A stretch of 64,000 bases of DNA from the human T2T-CHM13v2.0 reference genome, Homo sapiens. Location: NCBI RefSeq assembly GCF_009914755.1, contig NC_060931.1; one strand, 5' to 3'. Each line of letters opens with the position of its first letter. Within the stretch, counting starts at the first letter, position 1. The translations under genes and the position numbers were made by a program. Below the pieces are notes generated by a model that was given only the letters and a program-made list of their open reading frames with translations, was not told where the DNA came from and did not search any database. Positions 33,534 through 52,261 of this stretch are shown here, one piece after another.

Positions 33534-34180
33534 AATCTATGACTTTCCACTTGCTTCACTCCACTATTTCTTGAATAGATGGATAGTTTTCACAGTTAAC
33601 TGGGGCCTAATCCTACTTTCCAATCTTCAAATTATACCACAGGCTCAGACCAAAAGACAGAATGTTTACGATCAGGACTGTCATTTAAAACCTGAGGCAT
33701 TTAGGTGTCCTGCTGATCCTTGTCAATACTAATACAATAGCGGGTCTTTAAGCATCCATGTTGAATGTTATTAAATGTGAGTTTTCTTCCCTTTCTATGT
33801 ATTTTTAACCATGCTGTAATTCTCCTATTGTTCGAAATAACTGCTGTTAGCAGGAACTGGCTCCATCCTGGGCAGAGCATCAATACTAATATGGTAGTAG
33901 GTCATTATCCATCTGTAGTACACATTTTAGATGTGAATGTTCTACCCACTTAATCTATTTTATTTAAATATTCTTCACTCTGTATGCTACCAACTATTTT
34001 CTTTCCTATTACCTCTAGTTTCCCAAGGGTCTTGGTAAAATAGTATGTAGACCAAAAAAGATTTAGTAAATGAGTAAAGAATGGACAAATTCTAAACCAA
34101 GATACCTCAGGACAAATGCAATATATTCCAAGAAGAGAACCCTAATGAGAAAGAGCATTATTTCGGTGTGACCCACAGGT

Positions 34181-34320
34181 TCTCTCTCTCTCTGTTCTCT
34201 CTCTCTCATTTATATACATATACTATATATACCCCCTTGTGCGTATACATATATGTCTGTGTGTGTGTGTATATATATAGATATAGAGAGAGAGGTAGAT
34301 AGACAAATAGATAGATACAT
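34181..34320. repeat. Compound microsatellite (CT/TA/TG/GATA)
   Basis: Directly visible. Confidence 0.85.
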
Positions 34321-34596
34321 GAGACAAATAGAGAAAAAGATCTTTACATGATTGAGCCTTTTCTTTGTAGAGCCTTGGGAGTCAATGCAACATAGTGGTT
34401 AAGAGTAAGGGTCTGAGGTAAAGGAAGAAATTTACTGACTGTCATCTCCCCGGAAGACCCCCAGAATAACCTGTTGGCCAAGCAAAGCTGAGTTTATCAC
34501 CCGCTGCCGTTGGGTATATTTCCACCTCAACAGAATCTTAGTAGTGTCTCAGAAGAGGGGTTAAGAGATGCCATGTATCAGGTTTTTAGGTCTAGG

Positions 34597-34755
34597 TTTC
34601 TATTCGTTTCCTGGGGCTTCTGTCACGCATTAACACAAACTGCGTGGCTTAAAACAACAGAAATTTCTTCTGTCAAAGCTCTGGAGGCCAGAAGTCCAAA
34701 ATCAAAATGCTGATAGGGGCATGCTCTCTCCGAAGGCTCTAGGAAAGAATCCATT
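34597..34755 (-). mobile_element. MLT1C/D fragment
   Basis: tggcttaaaacaacagaaattt...ctggaggccagaagtccaaaatcaa. Confidence 0.75.
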
Positions 34756-34918
34756 ATTTGGGGCGTCTGGACTAAGGGATAGTTTGCACCACCCGGATGA
34801 CTGACAGTGCATTAACAGACCATTTAGGCAACTATTAACAATTGATTCCTTGAATACTGATTCCAGGGGATGGTGGGTGTTTGCAATGCAGATTGAGATG
34901 TCCAGTAAGAAACTTATT

Positions 34919-35251
<333 letters not shown>

Positions 35252-36718
35252 TAACCTGTTCTCCTGAACATTTATTTCACCTTGGATTTTTCTTTTCTTT
35301 TTTTTTCTTTTTTTTGTAAAATATCCAATATCCTCAGAACAGTTAGGAAACTGCTTAACTAGAGCAAGAAGGAAAATTATCCAAGCCCCAAACCTGGGAA
35401 ACATCAATGCCTACGAAATGAACTGAAGAGGAAGAAACAATAGAGGCACAAGAGGAAGGACCAACAGAAGTAATGGAAGATACAAGTGGAAGATGACATG
35501 GATAAGCCCACAGACAGGGGAGCTTCAGGGTTGCCCAAACTCACCACACACAATGTTCTACTGAGTCTATGGATGACCTGTTGAGCAGATCATCCATACT
35601 TCTCTAGGGGTTCTGAAAGACACTCTCCTCTTGTTGGGAAGACAAAAAGCCCCACTCTGCTACTAGGTGCCTGAGTCTAGGTGCTTCTCCTCCCTGTCCT
35701 TTCACTCCCAGCTCTGTCTTCTCTACCTGTCCCTAGAAGGTTCCTGTCTTTGTCACCTCAGATATTCAAGATTCAGCTCCAAGATGCCCTCTGTCTTCGA
35801 AGCATCAGAGCTTTGCTGACCCTCCCGCATTAGTTTTCCCTGCCTCATCAATGAAGGGGCTTCTTTTGGGAAATGTCAGATGGCATTAGCCCTGCCCCCT
35901 TAGCCTTCTCTGAAGACGTGGACCCTGGGGAAGCACTAACCGATCCAGGACAGCGAAAGAAGAGAATCGGTGGCATCCTTTGACCTCAGCATCCAAAGCT
36001 GGAGTGTTTTTACCTCTTCATTAAGGCTGTGCTTAAAGATGAGGTCACACTCTCCTCCTGAATCACAACCACATACTTTATGTCTCCCGAAAGCAGTGTT
36101 CTGTAGGAAAAGAAAAAAAAAATGCATTATCTGCCTGGCTGCTCACCGATGTCACTGAGAAATGCAAAATAATGATAGTCCGCCGAAGCACTGTTTATGG
36201 GCCCCGTCCTTGTGGGATTCTCTAAGGGAGGGGAGAGATCCAAACAGAGTCAGCAGTTTGGGCTCTTGCAGGTCTCGGAGGTTTCAGATTCTCCTGCAAC
36301 TTCATTTATCCTCCCCTGGTTACTCTGCACAGCGATGGCAGCCGGAGCCTTAGGCGGGTCCTCGTTGGATTTTCCTGACAGCTGTACTGAATCATTTTTC
36401 CAGGTCACTCATTCTTCCTGAAAATGTGTTTCGTCTTCTGGCAGGTGGAGGGTGCAGCAGCACATTCTCACCATCAGTTGAGCTCGAGACCTCGAGATGC
36501 TCTCGTCTGTACTGTGGGGTCCCAGCAGGGACCGACGTTTCATTTCCTTGTCTGAAGCAACCGTACGTTCCCACCTAGATTCACAGGTCCTGGGGTGGTA
36601 ACCCCAGGTGATGAGTTTACCACCATGTGGCTTTGTTCATGATAATGAATTGTTCCTTCAGAGGCCACCAAAGGGGAAAACACTGTGAACTGCAGGCATT
36701 ACATCCATCAGGATTTGA

Positions 36719-37256
<538 letters not shown>

Positions 37257-37648
37257 TAAGACGATAATAAGGGAATGTTTTAAAACATAAGCTTACACTG
37301 ACACAGCGACTATGAAAGGGACCGTCAGTGGGTGAGAGACTGAACAGTGTAGGAAGTGGAAGGCGACAGGGAGTTGGAGAGGTGATCACTCTTGCAGGCT
37401 GCAGGAGTCAGAGCTTGGAGAGCTTTGGGAGGGAGAAGGGGAGAAGAACGGAGCCAGTGTGTTCCCGTGGAATTTGAGATAAACGAGACATCTAGTCCCC
37501 CAATATGACACAGGTAAGATAAGATCTGAGAACAAGGGGCCGAATTGAATGTCTGTGATGGGGCCGCAGACCATCTGTCCTATCCCTCCACCCTCCATAC
37601 AGAACCTGGCAGCCAGGCATCCAATGCCGAACCAGAGATAGGAAGTTT

Positions 37649-38230
<582 letters not shown>

Positions 38231-38432
38231 AGAAGTTTATCCTCTGGAGAAGTACAGCCCCAGGAGAAGTGTCCTCATGGTCTAATCTAGCAGGCTGGAA
38301 TCTCTCAGCAGGATTCCCACCAATTTTCTGACTTAACACTTCCTTAATAAACATCTATCATGTTCCAGGCAAGTTCTCAGCTCTTGGGGCCTAGGAGGGA
38401 AGAGAACCAGTAACCAGGTTCCTGACGCCATG

Positions 38433-39084
38433 TGTATTAGTCCGTTGTCACACTGCTGATAAAGACATACCCAAGACTAGAAGAAAAATTGGTTTAATGG
38501 ACTCACAGTTCCACGTGGCTGGGGAGGCCTCATAATCATGCTGGAAGGCAAAAGGCACATCTTAGATGGTGTCTGCAAGAGACATGAGAAAGAAGCAAAA
38601 GCCCTTATAAAACGATCAGATCAGCCGGGCATGGTGGCTCACACCTGTAATCCCAGCATTTTGGGAGGCTGAGGCAGGTGGACCACGATGTTAGGAGTTC
38701 AAGACCAGCCTGGCCAAGATGGTGAAACCCCATCTCTTCTAAAAATACGAAAATTAGCTGGGCATGGTGGCGGGCGTCTGTAATCCCAGCTACTTGGGAG
38801 GCTGAGGCAGAGAATTGCTTGAAGCCAGGAGGTAGAGATTGCAGTGAGCCGAGATCACGACACTGCACTCCAGCCTGGGCGACAGAGCCAGACTCCATCT
38901 CAAAAAAAAAAAAAAAAAAAAATTAGACCTCATGAGACTTATTCACTACTGTGAGATACAGTATGGGGGAAACCACCTCCGTGATTCAATTATCTCCCAA
39001 TAGGTCCCTCCCATAACACGTGGGAATTATGGGAGTACAATTCAAGATGAGATTTGGGCAGGGACACAGAGCCAAACCATATCA
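38433..39084 (-). mobile_element. THE1C-like LTR with a nested Alu
   Basis: tgtattagtcc...ccaaaccatatca; perfect TSD ccatg. Confidence 0.93.
38623..38922 (+). mobile_element. AluSg-type
   Basis: ggccaagatggtg, gaggcagagaattg. Confidence 0.93.
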
Positions 39085-39555
39085 CCATGCATGCCAACTA
39101 ATGGAGCTGCTATTCATTCCATAAATGTTTATTCAGCACCGCCTTTGTGTCGGGCAGTGTTTCCAGGCACTGATGATAGAGCAGAGAACAAAGCCAAGTG
39201 CCTCCTTTCCTCTCCAGCATATTTCAGTGAGATGGTAGAAAGAGACGATAAAGAAATAAAACAAACACTGTTTTTTTTAAAAAATGTTTCTTGCTCGCTC
39301 ATTTTTGCTTTGCAATTTTTTAGCTGTTTTTCTTCATTTTTGCCATGGAATAAGATTTCTTTTGTAATATTCCAGTAAAACAGCTTTTTCTTGTGTTGAA
39401 ATTTACCAGTGTCAACTGGACTTTGCTGGCGTCATGATATAAAGAGATAAGAAACAGAATCAACCAAGGAGATCAAACATCCAACTCCTAGGAGTTTCAT
39501 AAAGAGAGAGCTGAGAATATGAGAACAGAAACATGCAATTAAAGAAGCAATCTGT

Positions 39556-39855
39556 CACCAGGCACAGGGGCTTATGCCTGTAATCCCACTACTTTGGGAG
39601 GCCAAGGCAGGAGAATCACTTCAGGTCAGGAGTTCAAGACCAGCCTGGGCAACATGGCAAGATCCTGTCTCTACAAAAAAATTAAAATATTACCTGGACA
39701 TGGTGGCACACATCTGTAGTCCTAGTTACTCAGGAGGCTGATTGTTTGGGTCTGGGAGGTTGAGGCTGCAGTGAGCTATGATTGTGCTACTGCACTCCAG
39801 CCAGGGTGACTGAGTGAGACCCTCTCTCAAAAAAAAAAAAAAGTTAAAAAAAGAA
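39556..39855 (+). mobile_element. AluJ
   Basis: Dimer; TSD aa(g/a)caatctgt. Confidence 0.9.
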
Positions 39856-40064
39856 GAAACAATCTGTGACCATTTCTAGCAATGGAGAAAGGCCATAACT
39901 CACCCACTATTGTAGGGTATCATTCCAGAACCCTCTGTATCAGAGAAGCTCCCAGAAGGAAAGAAAACAAATAAAACCAGGTCACCTATGCAGAACAGAG
40001 AATCGTAATGGTGTCTTACCTCCCAACAATGCTGGAGGTTAGAACACAATGGTGGATTTTGTAA

Positions 40065-40395
<331 letters not shown>

Positions 40396-40521
40396 CAGTT
40401 TAGAATTCTTTACCATGAAAAACTATCAATATAGTGGAATGACAGACGAAAAAAGATAAAATGATAAGCCTCCCACAGATTGAACAGAGAGCTAAAGGGC
40501 CCCCCAAGAAACTTTAAAAAC

Positions 40522-40804
<283 letters not shown>

Positions 40805-41788
40805 CTGAGCTCCCAGCCATGATGGAATGGGAGGTTGGACACAGTTCAGTATGCTATTTCCTTATTAATCCCTAAGCAGAATTCTTCCCTAAGGAAGAAA
40901 CAGAACCCAAGGCTCTAGAAAACAAGAAACAGATGCCTCATTCCTTTATCGCCTTTAGACAATTGTCTGAGGCCAGGACTGGATACTTCATCCTTCTTTG
41001 CAGTCTTGGCATGAGAGCTCACCAGTTTCACAATGCATTTCTTCCTATTAAGAGACCACCAGCCGTGGAGGAGTTCTGGCCAGGCAATGGAGGCTGCACA
41101 ATGAGGGGTTTCTAGCCCTGCTTCATCTTTGGATGTCAGAGAGCCCAAAACTGCACCCCTGGATCATGCTAATGCCATCATTTTTTGAACATGCACTATT
41201 TAAAAAATTTTTTTTTGTTTTATTTTATTCTGTTTTAAGTTCCAGGATACATGTGCAGAACGTGCAGGTTTGTTGCATAGGTTGTGCCATGGTGGTTTGC
41301 TGCACCTATCAACCCGTCACCTAGGTATTAAACCCTGCATGCATGCATTAGCTATTTAGCCTGATGCTCTCCCTCCCCTCACCCTGCCAGCAGGGCTCAG
41401 TGTGTATTGTTCCCCTCCCTGTGTCCATGTGTTCTCATTGTTCAGCTCCCACTTATGAGTGAGAACATGTGGTGTTTGTTTTTCTGTGCCTGTGTTAGTT
41501 TGCTGAGGATGATGGCTTCCAGCTTCATCCATGTCCCTTCAAAGGATGTGATCTCACTCCTTTTTATGGCTGCATAGTATTCCATGGTGTATATGTACCA
41601 TGTTTTCTTTATCCAGTCTATCATTGGTGAGCATGTGGTTTGATTCCATGTTTTTGCTATCGTAAATAGTGCTGCAATAAACATACATGTGCATGTATCT
41701 TTATAATAGACTGATTTCTATTCCTTCGGGTATATGCCCAGTAATGGGATTGCTGGGTCAAATTTTATTTCTGGTTCTAGATCCTTGA

Positions 41789-42196
<408 letters not shown>

Positions 42197-42338
42197 TGAT
42201 TGGCATGAGATGGTATCTCATTGTGGTTTTGATTTACATTTCTCTAATCAGTGATTTGAGCTCCTTTTCATATGTTTGTTTGGCCACATAAATGTCTTCT
42301 CTTGGGAAGTGTCTGTTCATGTCCTTTCCCCACTTTTT

Positions 42339-43115
42339 TTTTTTGTCTTTTTTTTTTTTTTTATTGATCATTCTTGGGTGTTTCTCGCAGAGGGGGATTT
42401 GGCAGGGTCACAGGACAATAGTGGAGGGAAGGTCAGCAGATAAACAAGTGAACAAAGGTCTCTGGTTTTCCTAGGCAGAGGACCCTGCGGCCTTCTGCAG
42501 TGTTTGTGTCCCTGGGTACTTGAGATTAGGGAGTGGCGATGACTCTTAATGAGCATGCTGCCTTCAAGCATCTGTTTAACAAAGCACATCTTGCACCACC
42601 CTTAATCCATTCAACCCTGAGTGGACACAGCAGATGTTTCAGAGAGCACAGGGTTGGGGATAAGGTCACAGATCAACAGGATCCCAAGGCAGAAGAATTT
42701 TTCTTAGTACAGAACAAAATGAAAAGTCTCCCATGTCTACTTCTTTCTACACAGACACGGCAACCATCCGATTTCTCAATCTTTTCCCCACCTTTCCCCC
42801 CTTTCTATTCCACAAAACCGCCATTGTCATCATGGCCTGTTCTCAATGAGCTGTTGAGTACACCTCCCAGACGGGGTGGTGGCCGGGCAGAGGGGCTCCT
42901 CACTTCCCAGTAGGGGCGGCCGGGCAGAGGCGCCCCTCACCTCCTGGATGGGGCGGCTGGCTGGGCAGGGGGCTGACCCCCCCACCTCCCTCCCTGACGG
43001 GGCGGCTGGCCGGGCAGAGGGGCTCCTCTCCTCCCAGTAGAGGCGGCCGGGCAGAGGCGCCCCTCACCTCCCGGACAGGGCGGCTGGCCGGGCAGGGGGC
43101 TGACCCCCCCACCTC
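42339..43115 (-). mobile_element. SVA (D-like), 5'-truncated within the VNTR
   Basis: ttattgatcattcttgggtgtttctcgcagaggggg (SINE-R end), GC-rich VNTR ggggcggctggccgggc; TSD ccccacttttt at 42328-42338 and 43116-43126. Confidence 0.97.
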
Positions 43116-43594
43116 CCCCACTTTTTGATTGATTGTTTTTTTCTTGTAAATTTATTTAAGTTCCTCGTAAATTCTGGATATGAGACTTTTGTCAGATGGG
43201 TAGATTGCAAAAATTTTCTCCAACTCTGTAGGTCGCCTGTTTGCACTGATGATAGTTTCTTTGGCTGCATGCAACCATTTTTTAAACACACAACCCACGA
43301 AGAAACATGACGCTCAGTTGCACATGTGCACGCTTCTCCTTTCATAAACATTCGTGAATCTCCTGTGCTCTCTGAATATGTACACATAGCCAGCCTGTTC
43401 AGCATGCATTTCATTCTTAATGCTTTCCTCTCCCGAGGGTCTTGTTCTCAGCTTGTGCAGGAGTCTACACCTCCCAGTCTGCAAGATAGCCAGGCTGTGG
43501 GCTGCAAACTTTTATGAGAAATAAAGCTCTCCCTTCCAAATTTATGAACCTGTGATTCTTCAGGTGACAGGGAGTTTAGAAAAAAGACATTATC

Positions 43595-44311
<717 letters not shown>

Positions 44312-44400
44312 TTAAGGAGACAAAAGAGAACAAGGGAAATGGAGACACCCAGAGACTAGCAGCTGTTTCTATCCTTTGGGATGAAGAAACAATTGGATGT

Positions 44401-44838
<438 letters not shown>

Positions 44839-45067
44839 TCATGTCAGTTCCATGTATTCATTTAACTCAAAATATTGGGAGCCTGAGAAGGAAGTATGGG
44901 GGATGCAGATACAAGAGCAAAGTCTTCATCTGTTGGAGCAGAGACTTAACAGAGGCCTCAAGTTTAAAAATAAAAGCACAGCTAGATCGGCACATTATTT
45001 AGAGTTTTGCAAGAGATTCACCTGAAAAAAAAAAAAAGAAACCTGTCAAAAGTTAAGTGGTTCTGGG

Positions 45068-45373
45068 TGCTGGGCACAGTGGCTTACACCTGTAATCCTA
45101 CACTTTGGGAGGCTGAGACAGGAGGATCACTTTGAGCTCAGGAGTTTGAGACCAGTCCGGCCAACCTGGCGAACTCCCCTGCCCGCCACCCCCGTCTCTA
45201 CTAAAAATACGAAAATTAACTGGGCATGGTGGCATGCACCTGTCATCTCAGCTACTTGGGAGGCTGAGGCATGAGAATTGCTTGAACCTGAGAGGTGGAG
45301 GCAGCAGAGCTGAGCTCATGCCACTGGGCTCCAGCCTAGGCGATGGACGGAGACCCTGTCTCAAAAAAAAAAA
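45068..45373 (+). mobile_element. Alu (Jb/Sz-like)
   Basis: Full dimer with an A tail. Confidence 0.9.
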
Positions 45374-45930
45374 TAGAATTATACCAAAAATGATTCTGGG
45401 TATAGAACACAAAAGTGAAAGCAGGGACTCTAACAGCTCTTTTTACCACCGTGTTCATAGCGGCAGTATTCACTACAGCCGCAGGGAGGAAGCAACTCAA
45501 GTGTCCATCAGTGGATGAGTGGATGAACAAATCAGGTCTTTCCACCCAATGGAGAATTATTGAGGTTAAAAAATGAGGGGAATTCTGACCCACACTCAAC
45601 TACATGAGTGAACCTTGCGGACTGGCTAAGTGAGATAAGTCAGACACAAAAAGACAAATACTATATGATTCCACTTATAGGAGGTTCCTAGGGGAGTCAG
45701 ATTCATGCAGACACAAAGTAGAATGGCGGGTGCCAGGGGCTGGGGAGGGGGCTGGGGACTGAGTGTTTCATGGGGACACAGTTTCCGTTTGGGAAGATGA
45801 AAAGGTTTTGGAGATGATGGTGGTGACGGCTGCTCAATACTGTGAACGTGCTTAATGCCACTCAACTGTGCATTTAAACATGATGAAAATAATAAATGTT
45901 ATGTTATGTATATTTTATCACAAGAAAAAC
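45374..45930 (+). mobile_element. L1MB 3' region
   Basis: caagtgtccatcagtggatgagtggatgaacaaa...cttaatgccactcaactg...tatattttatcacaa. Confidence 0.85.
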
Positions 45931-46384
45931 AAGTTAAAAGTGGTTTTCTGTGAGAAGTAGGACTTGTGGATGGGGGGATTGATTCTCATCATAAACATGT
46001 GATACTATTTGATTTTTAAGCTATGTGTACATAATACTTCGATAAACATTTTTAAATTAAAAATCAAACACAGTAAGTGATGCCTTTCAGTGGGAAGAAA
46101 AGGAAATCTGTATAAGAATATAAACTGTCACGCCCACTCCCTGCCTTTCATCTTGCTGGAATATGAAATAATATATTTTTCTTCCCTGGTAGAACCAGCA
46201 GAAATGCAGATGCAGTTTGGAATGGCTGAGATGTTATGTTGAAGGTTTTCTCCTTATGAAAAGAGGATGCCTTTAGTTCACGTTTTTCAAAGCATGCTCA
46301 CAGATAGCACCTTATTTCAAATCACACTTTTGTACAGTGAGCTGAAAGTGCTTTTTTCTCTTCCTTTTAAAAATAAGGGAGATG

Positions 46385-46738
<354 letters not shown>

Positions 46739-46871
46739 TCAGTACATGGTAAAACCACACTTGTGTTCGACCTTTCACAAAATAGTAGATGTGCCAAATA
46801 TTAGTGGTTAACTGAAACACAGTTGGCTCCAAAATTGACTATTAGCGAAATTATTGTAGGCTCTGTCAATT

Positions 46872-47428
46872 GATCATCTATCTATGTCTATCTATCACCC
46901 TATCTATATCATCTGTCACCTATTTACCATCTGACATCTATGTCTATCTAACTCTTCTATCTATTTCATCTATCTATATCATCTATCACCTGTTTATCAT
47001 CTAATATCTATATCTATCTATCATGTATATCTAACTCATCTATCTATCTCATCTATCTACATCATCTGTCATCTATATCTATCATCTATCTATCGATGTA
47101 TTTTTCTATCTATATCATTTATCCATCTATATCATCTATCTATATCATCTATCTATATCATCTCTCTATATTACCTATCATCTGTCTATCATTTATCTAT
47201 CATCTATCTCTATCTCTGTTTACCTACCTACCTCTCTATCTGCCATCTATGTATAACTCTATCACCTATTCATCCATTTATTCATCTATCATCTATTTAC
47301 TTACCTATGATCGATCACCTATCATTTATTTATTGTTTATCCATCACATATCTACCTATCACCTATCTACCAATCATCTATCATTTACCTGGTGATCTAT
47401 TTGTCTACCTACCTATCTGCCTATTATC
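46872..47428. repeat. Degenerate (CTAT/CATCTAT)n simple repeat
   Basis: Directly visible. Confidence 0.9.
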
Positions 47429-47926
47429 ATTAGGGTGACCCAACTTCTCAACTTTCCTGAGACAGAATCACTTTATCCCTATTGTCGCAGGTTAGCATTT
47501 GTCTTCGAGTTCTCATTTCTAACAACACGGTGTTATAAATAGGATAAGACCAGATGGGCCTCCACTTCGTGTACTGGAAGCTCCTGCCATCATCTTATCT
47601 GGTCGTGTATGAGACAAGTGTGCAGGAAATGGAGTTCTCATACTCACATATGGCAAAATCTGAAAGTTGATATATCATAATCTGTCCCCTGTTTCCCAAC
47701 TATACCCAACACCAACTGATACTTCTCTTTCAAGGAGAGCATGTAGGGGACTTGCTGATAAAATAAAGTTGTCTGGCTGATAAAAATGAAGTGCACTTGG
47801 ACAGAAGAGGCTAGACACAGCTCACCCCATGCAGTCCTGAGTAGCAGTGGTGATATTCAGCATAGCTGCCCCTATCAGTCCCTGTGGGGTGGACAGTTGG
47901 ATGAACAGAGCCTATGCTTTACCTTC

Positions 47927-48284
47927 TGATATGGTTTGACTCTGTGTCCCCACCCAAATCTCATCTCCAGTTGTAATCCCCATGTGTCAAGGGAGGGAAG
48001 TGATTGGATTATGGAGGTGGATTTCCCCATGCTGTTCTCATGATGGTGAGTGAGTTCTCATGAGATCTGATGGTTTTATAAATGGCATTTTTTCCTGTGC
48101 TCCGCTTCTCTTTCCTGCTGGCATGTGAAGAAGGTCCTAGCTTCCCCTTCACCTTCCATCATGACTGTAAGTTTCCTGAGGCCTCCCCAGCCATGTGGAA
48201 CTGTGAGTCAATTAAACCTCTGTCCTTTATAAATCACCCAGTCTCAGGCAGTTCTTTATAGCAGTGTGAGAATAGATTAATACA
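47927..48284 (+). mobile_element. THE1D/MSTA-like LTR
   Basis: tgatatggtttgactctgtgtcccc...gcagtgtgagaatagattaataca. Confidence 0.92.
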
Positions 48285-49169
48285 CACTCCAAACCCATGA
48301 AACCACAAGACCACAGGTTGTTTGGGTCACTGAGAAACACAGGAAGAGATAGATGGGTGCATGAGAAGTTTATGTGGGAAACGCTGTGCCGTAAGATCTG
48401 TTAGAATAATCTGAATGCTCTTGCGAGAGTACAGTGGATGTTTAGTGCATGGAGCAAACCTACAACTAGATTTGTATTTTATAGTTTGGCAATGTCTTTT
48501 TAAATTTTGCAACAAACCCTTAAGGTAGTAATAAACAAAGAAAAGCAAAAGTGTGCGTTTCGTGAAAATGAAGTACTGAGTTTTCATTTCTCAAGAAAGT
48601 TGATGACGAATACATAATTGACACAAAAAGCTTGCTGACATACCAGGGGGACCACAGTGAAAGCAACCCTCATATAAAAACCAGAGAAAGAAAAACCTGC
48701 CTGCTGAAGAAGCTTTAGCATCTCCTTCAAGAGCTAATTGACATTTTAAGAAGACTGTGCTCAAAGATGACAATTCACCACGTGCGGCTGTGGAAGTTCA
48801 TTTAGGTAGCACTCCATGAAGCATGAGTTTTCATTTGGATCAAGTGACTTTTCTTCTAAGTTAATATTGCTCATTTTCAGTCCAACTTTTCCTGCATATG
48901 TGCAAAGGGTGAAGCAATAGCTTCGCTCCACTATGTGCCATCTTTGTTAACAGAGGAATTTCAGGAACAATTAAGCGATGCCAGTTTTGTATAAAGGTCA
49001 AAAGATGTTTTGAATTGAAAATCAGATAATTCCAATTCCAGTTGGATTTTTTTCATCCAATTCATATGATCAAAATAAAACCCTTGAAAATTCATCCTGT
49101 TGAAGGTGAAGCATCTAAAATTATCATAAATGCTATTGACAATTCAGTTAAGTTCAATATTGAAGATAA

Positions 49170-49776
<607 letters not shown>

Positions 49777-51565
49777 TGAGCCTTTAAGTACTTTAAAATA
49801 GAACACTATTTAAATAAGTCTCCCACAATGACAGTGACTATTATTTTTGTAAATGAGTTTTCCAAATTTTGGATGAATTTTTTTTCAAGTCAGTTGGAAA
49901 TTTTTAATTAAAGTAATCATGGCATACTGAAAGATCTCCAACACTTGAAGATCTTAGCAAAATGCAATTATTGGAAATAAAGTCTGCAATCAGGAAGGTA
50001 TTGAAATTTGTCCCCACAAAAGCAAGCCTGGAAGTAAACAACTTAATTGATGTGAGCTCAAGCCGTGTACAAGATTTAATTTTAAACTTCTAAAATTGTG
50101 TTTGGGAGTAATCTAGATGTACAGGGAAAATCTTTTGATGCAGCTCCTATTTATAATTTGATAAATTGATACTCAGTACCTATCATTTCCCAGCAGCTCT
50201 GATTGTTAGCAAAACACTCAAAAGAATCAAAACTAAAGGAAATTATTTCACAAATTTTTATTTATAAGAGTATTTGTCAAGGTATTCTGAATGGAAGCAA
50301 AAAGACAAGATCTGTAAAAAATTGGACTGAAATATTTACACATTTTAACACAAAAATATTAAAACTGATAATAACCTCCCTGTATCAGAATGGCTCTGAG
50401 ATTACCAAATACCTCAGCATCTGTAGAGAGAAGCATTTTTACAATTTAAAATATTGTGACTGACTGAGAAGAATCAATTGAAGGTGTCAACATTTTCAAA
50501 TTCATTAACCATAAAAGCCACTTTGAAGAAGATTGCAGGCAACTTTATGAAAAATAACATAAAACAATATTGAAAAACTTCATTTTTCAGAAAAATGCCA
50601 GTCGTGTGGTGTTGGAAGTAGATATGGCTGAGAAACCGAGAGAAATATGTGAACAGCTAGCAAGCATAAATATTCTTCTTATTTTAGTGTTTAGTGTCAG
50701 ATCATTAATATAACAAATTTAAAATTACTTTTTCTTAAGGTAGCAATAAACTGCTTATAGATTTACGCAGGTAATACATGCATATCGATTGCAATTATTT
50801 TTTTAAGATTTACTTTTAAAAAAATAGTTTTTGAAAGGAATTATTTTATAGGTCCATTAATATAATGAAACCAATTTGTTAGCCAATAAAAATATATTTT
50901 AAATTATTTATATTTTTGCATCCCTCTTCAATCTCAAGAGTTTCCTCGTTTGTACAAAAATAAATTAAATGTTTACTTCATCTAGAACCCTTCTTGTTCC
51001 AGAAGAGATTTAAGGAAACATAAGAAGATGTAGGACCTTCCAGCTTTGAACCTCACTAAATCAGATTTTTGAGGTTTAAAGCCCTTTTTCAGGATTTGTC
51101 CTGCTTTTAGTTAAAGTGGCCAGTTTCAAACTAGGATAATTTTAACATTTGCTGTAAATAAAATTAGGGTTATTAAATCACTTTTATTTTGCTTCATAAT
51201 TATTCCAATTCATCTGACTCCAAATCACTCCTGAGAAGCTTATTAGATATTGTATCTTCAGGTACTCACAGTAGGCTATTTGTGCACATTTTTAATTTGA
51301 AAATCATCATCCAACAGTTATCGGGTACCCCTCCCCAATCCGTGGTGTGGCATAACCTTCTCAAATATGATTATGAGGGAAGACAGCTGTATAATAAGGT
51401 CCTTTATCAAAAGATAAGGGTTGTTTTTGCAAAATCATGTGGTTTTGTCCAGAAAAAAAAATCTCTGATTGATTGAAAGGTACCTAAAAGTCTGACCGTG
51501 GCAAACAGATTACTGTTCCTCTGTGTTCTCTGGTGTGCAGGTGTGTGATCAAGACCGCAGGACCT

Positions 51566-51861
51566 GGCCGAGTACGGTGGTCACATACACGCCTGTAATC
51601 CCAGCACTTTGGGAGACCTAGGCAGGTGGATCACTTGAGCTTAGGAGTTTGAGACCAGACTGGGTGACATGGCGAGACCCCATCTCTAATACAAAAGTTA
51701 TCTGGGTGTGGTGGTGCACACCTGTAGTCCCAGCTACTCAGGAGGCTGAGGTGGAAGGATCCCTTGAGCCCAAGAAATTAAGGCTGAAGTGAGCCAAGAT
51801 TGTACCACTGCACTCCAGCCTGGGTGACAGAGTGAAACTCCATCTCAAAACAACAACAAAA
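51566..51861 (+). mobile_element. AluJb-like
   Basis: TSD aagac(c/a)gcaggacct at 51551-51565 and 51862-51876. Confidence 0.93.
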
Positions 51862-52261
51862 AAGACAGCAGGACCTACAGAGATTTAGCAGATGCATTTT
51901 ATCGGGAAAGTGTTTTCTTCAGGTGGGCATAGGGTGGGGTGAGTAGGTAAGAGGAGCTGTCAGGGAACGTGGATGGCGGTGTGGGAAGGAGTCACTCTAT
52001 AAAACTTGTAGTCATGGAGACCATATCCCAGAGATCGGAGCCTTCCTATTCCTGTAGGCTACAAAGAAGAGGGCACAGGGGAGTCAGCTGAGAGAAATGG
52101 GTGAATCGCAGAGACAATGAATGCTTCTTGCTATGACCTGCTATGACAAGGTGGGCTTCTTGCTATGACTGGAGGTATGGTGGGCCTGCGGGAGCCTTTA
52201 CCAAGGATTGCCAAGCAACAGATTTTGAGGGAATGTTCCCAAAGGGAGCTTCTTGTGAGTC

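Noticed and set aside
41442-41684. ORF resembling a real protein (MFIAALFTIAKTWNQ)
   Set aside because: L1 ORF2p C-terminus and 3' UTR of a truncated, inactive copy.
42860-43115. GC/CpG-rich patch as a CpG-island promoter
   Set aside because: It is the SVA VNTR.
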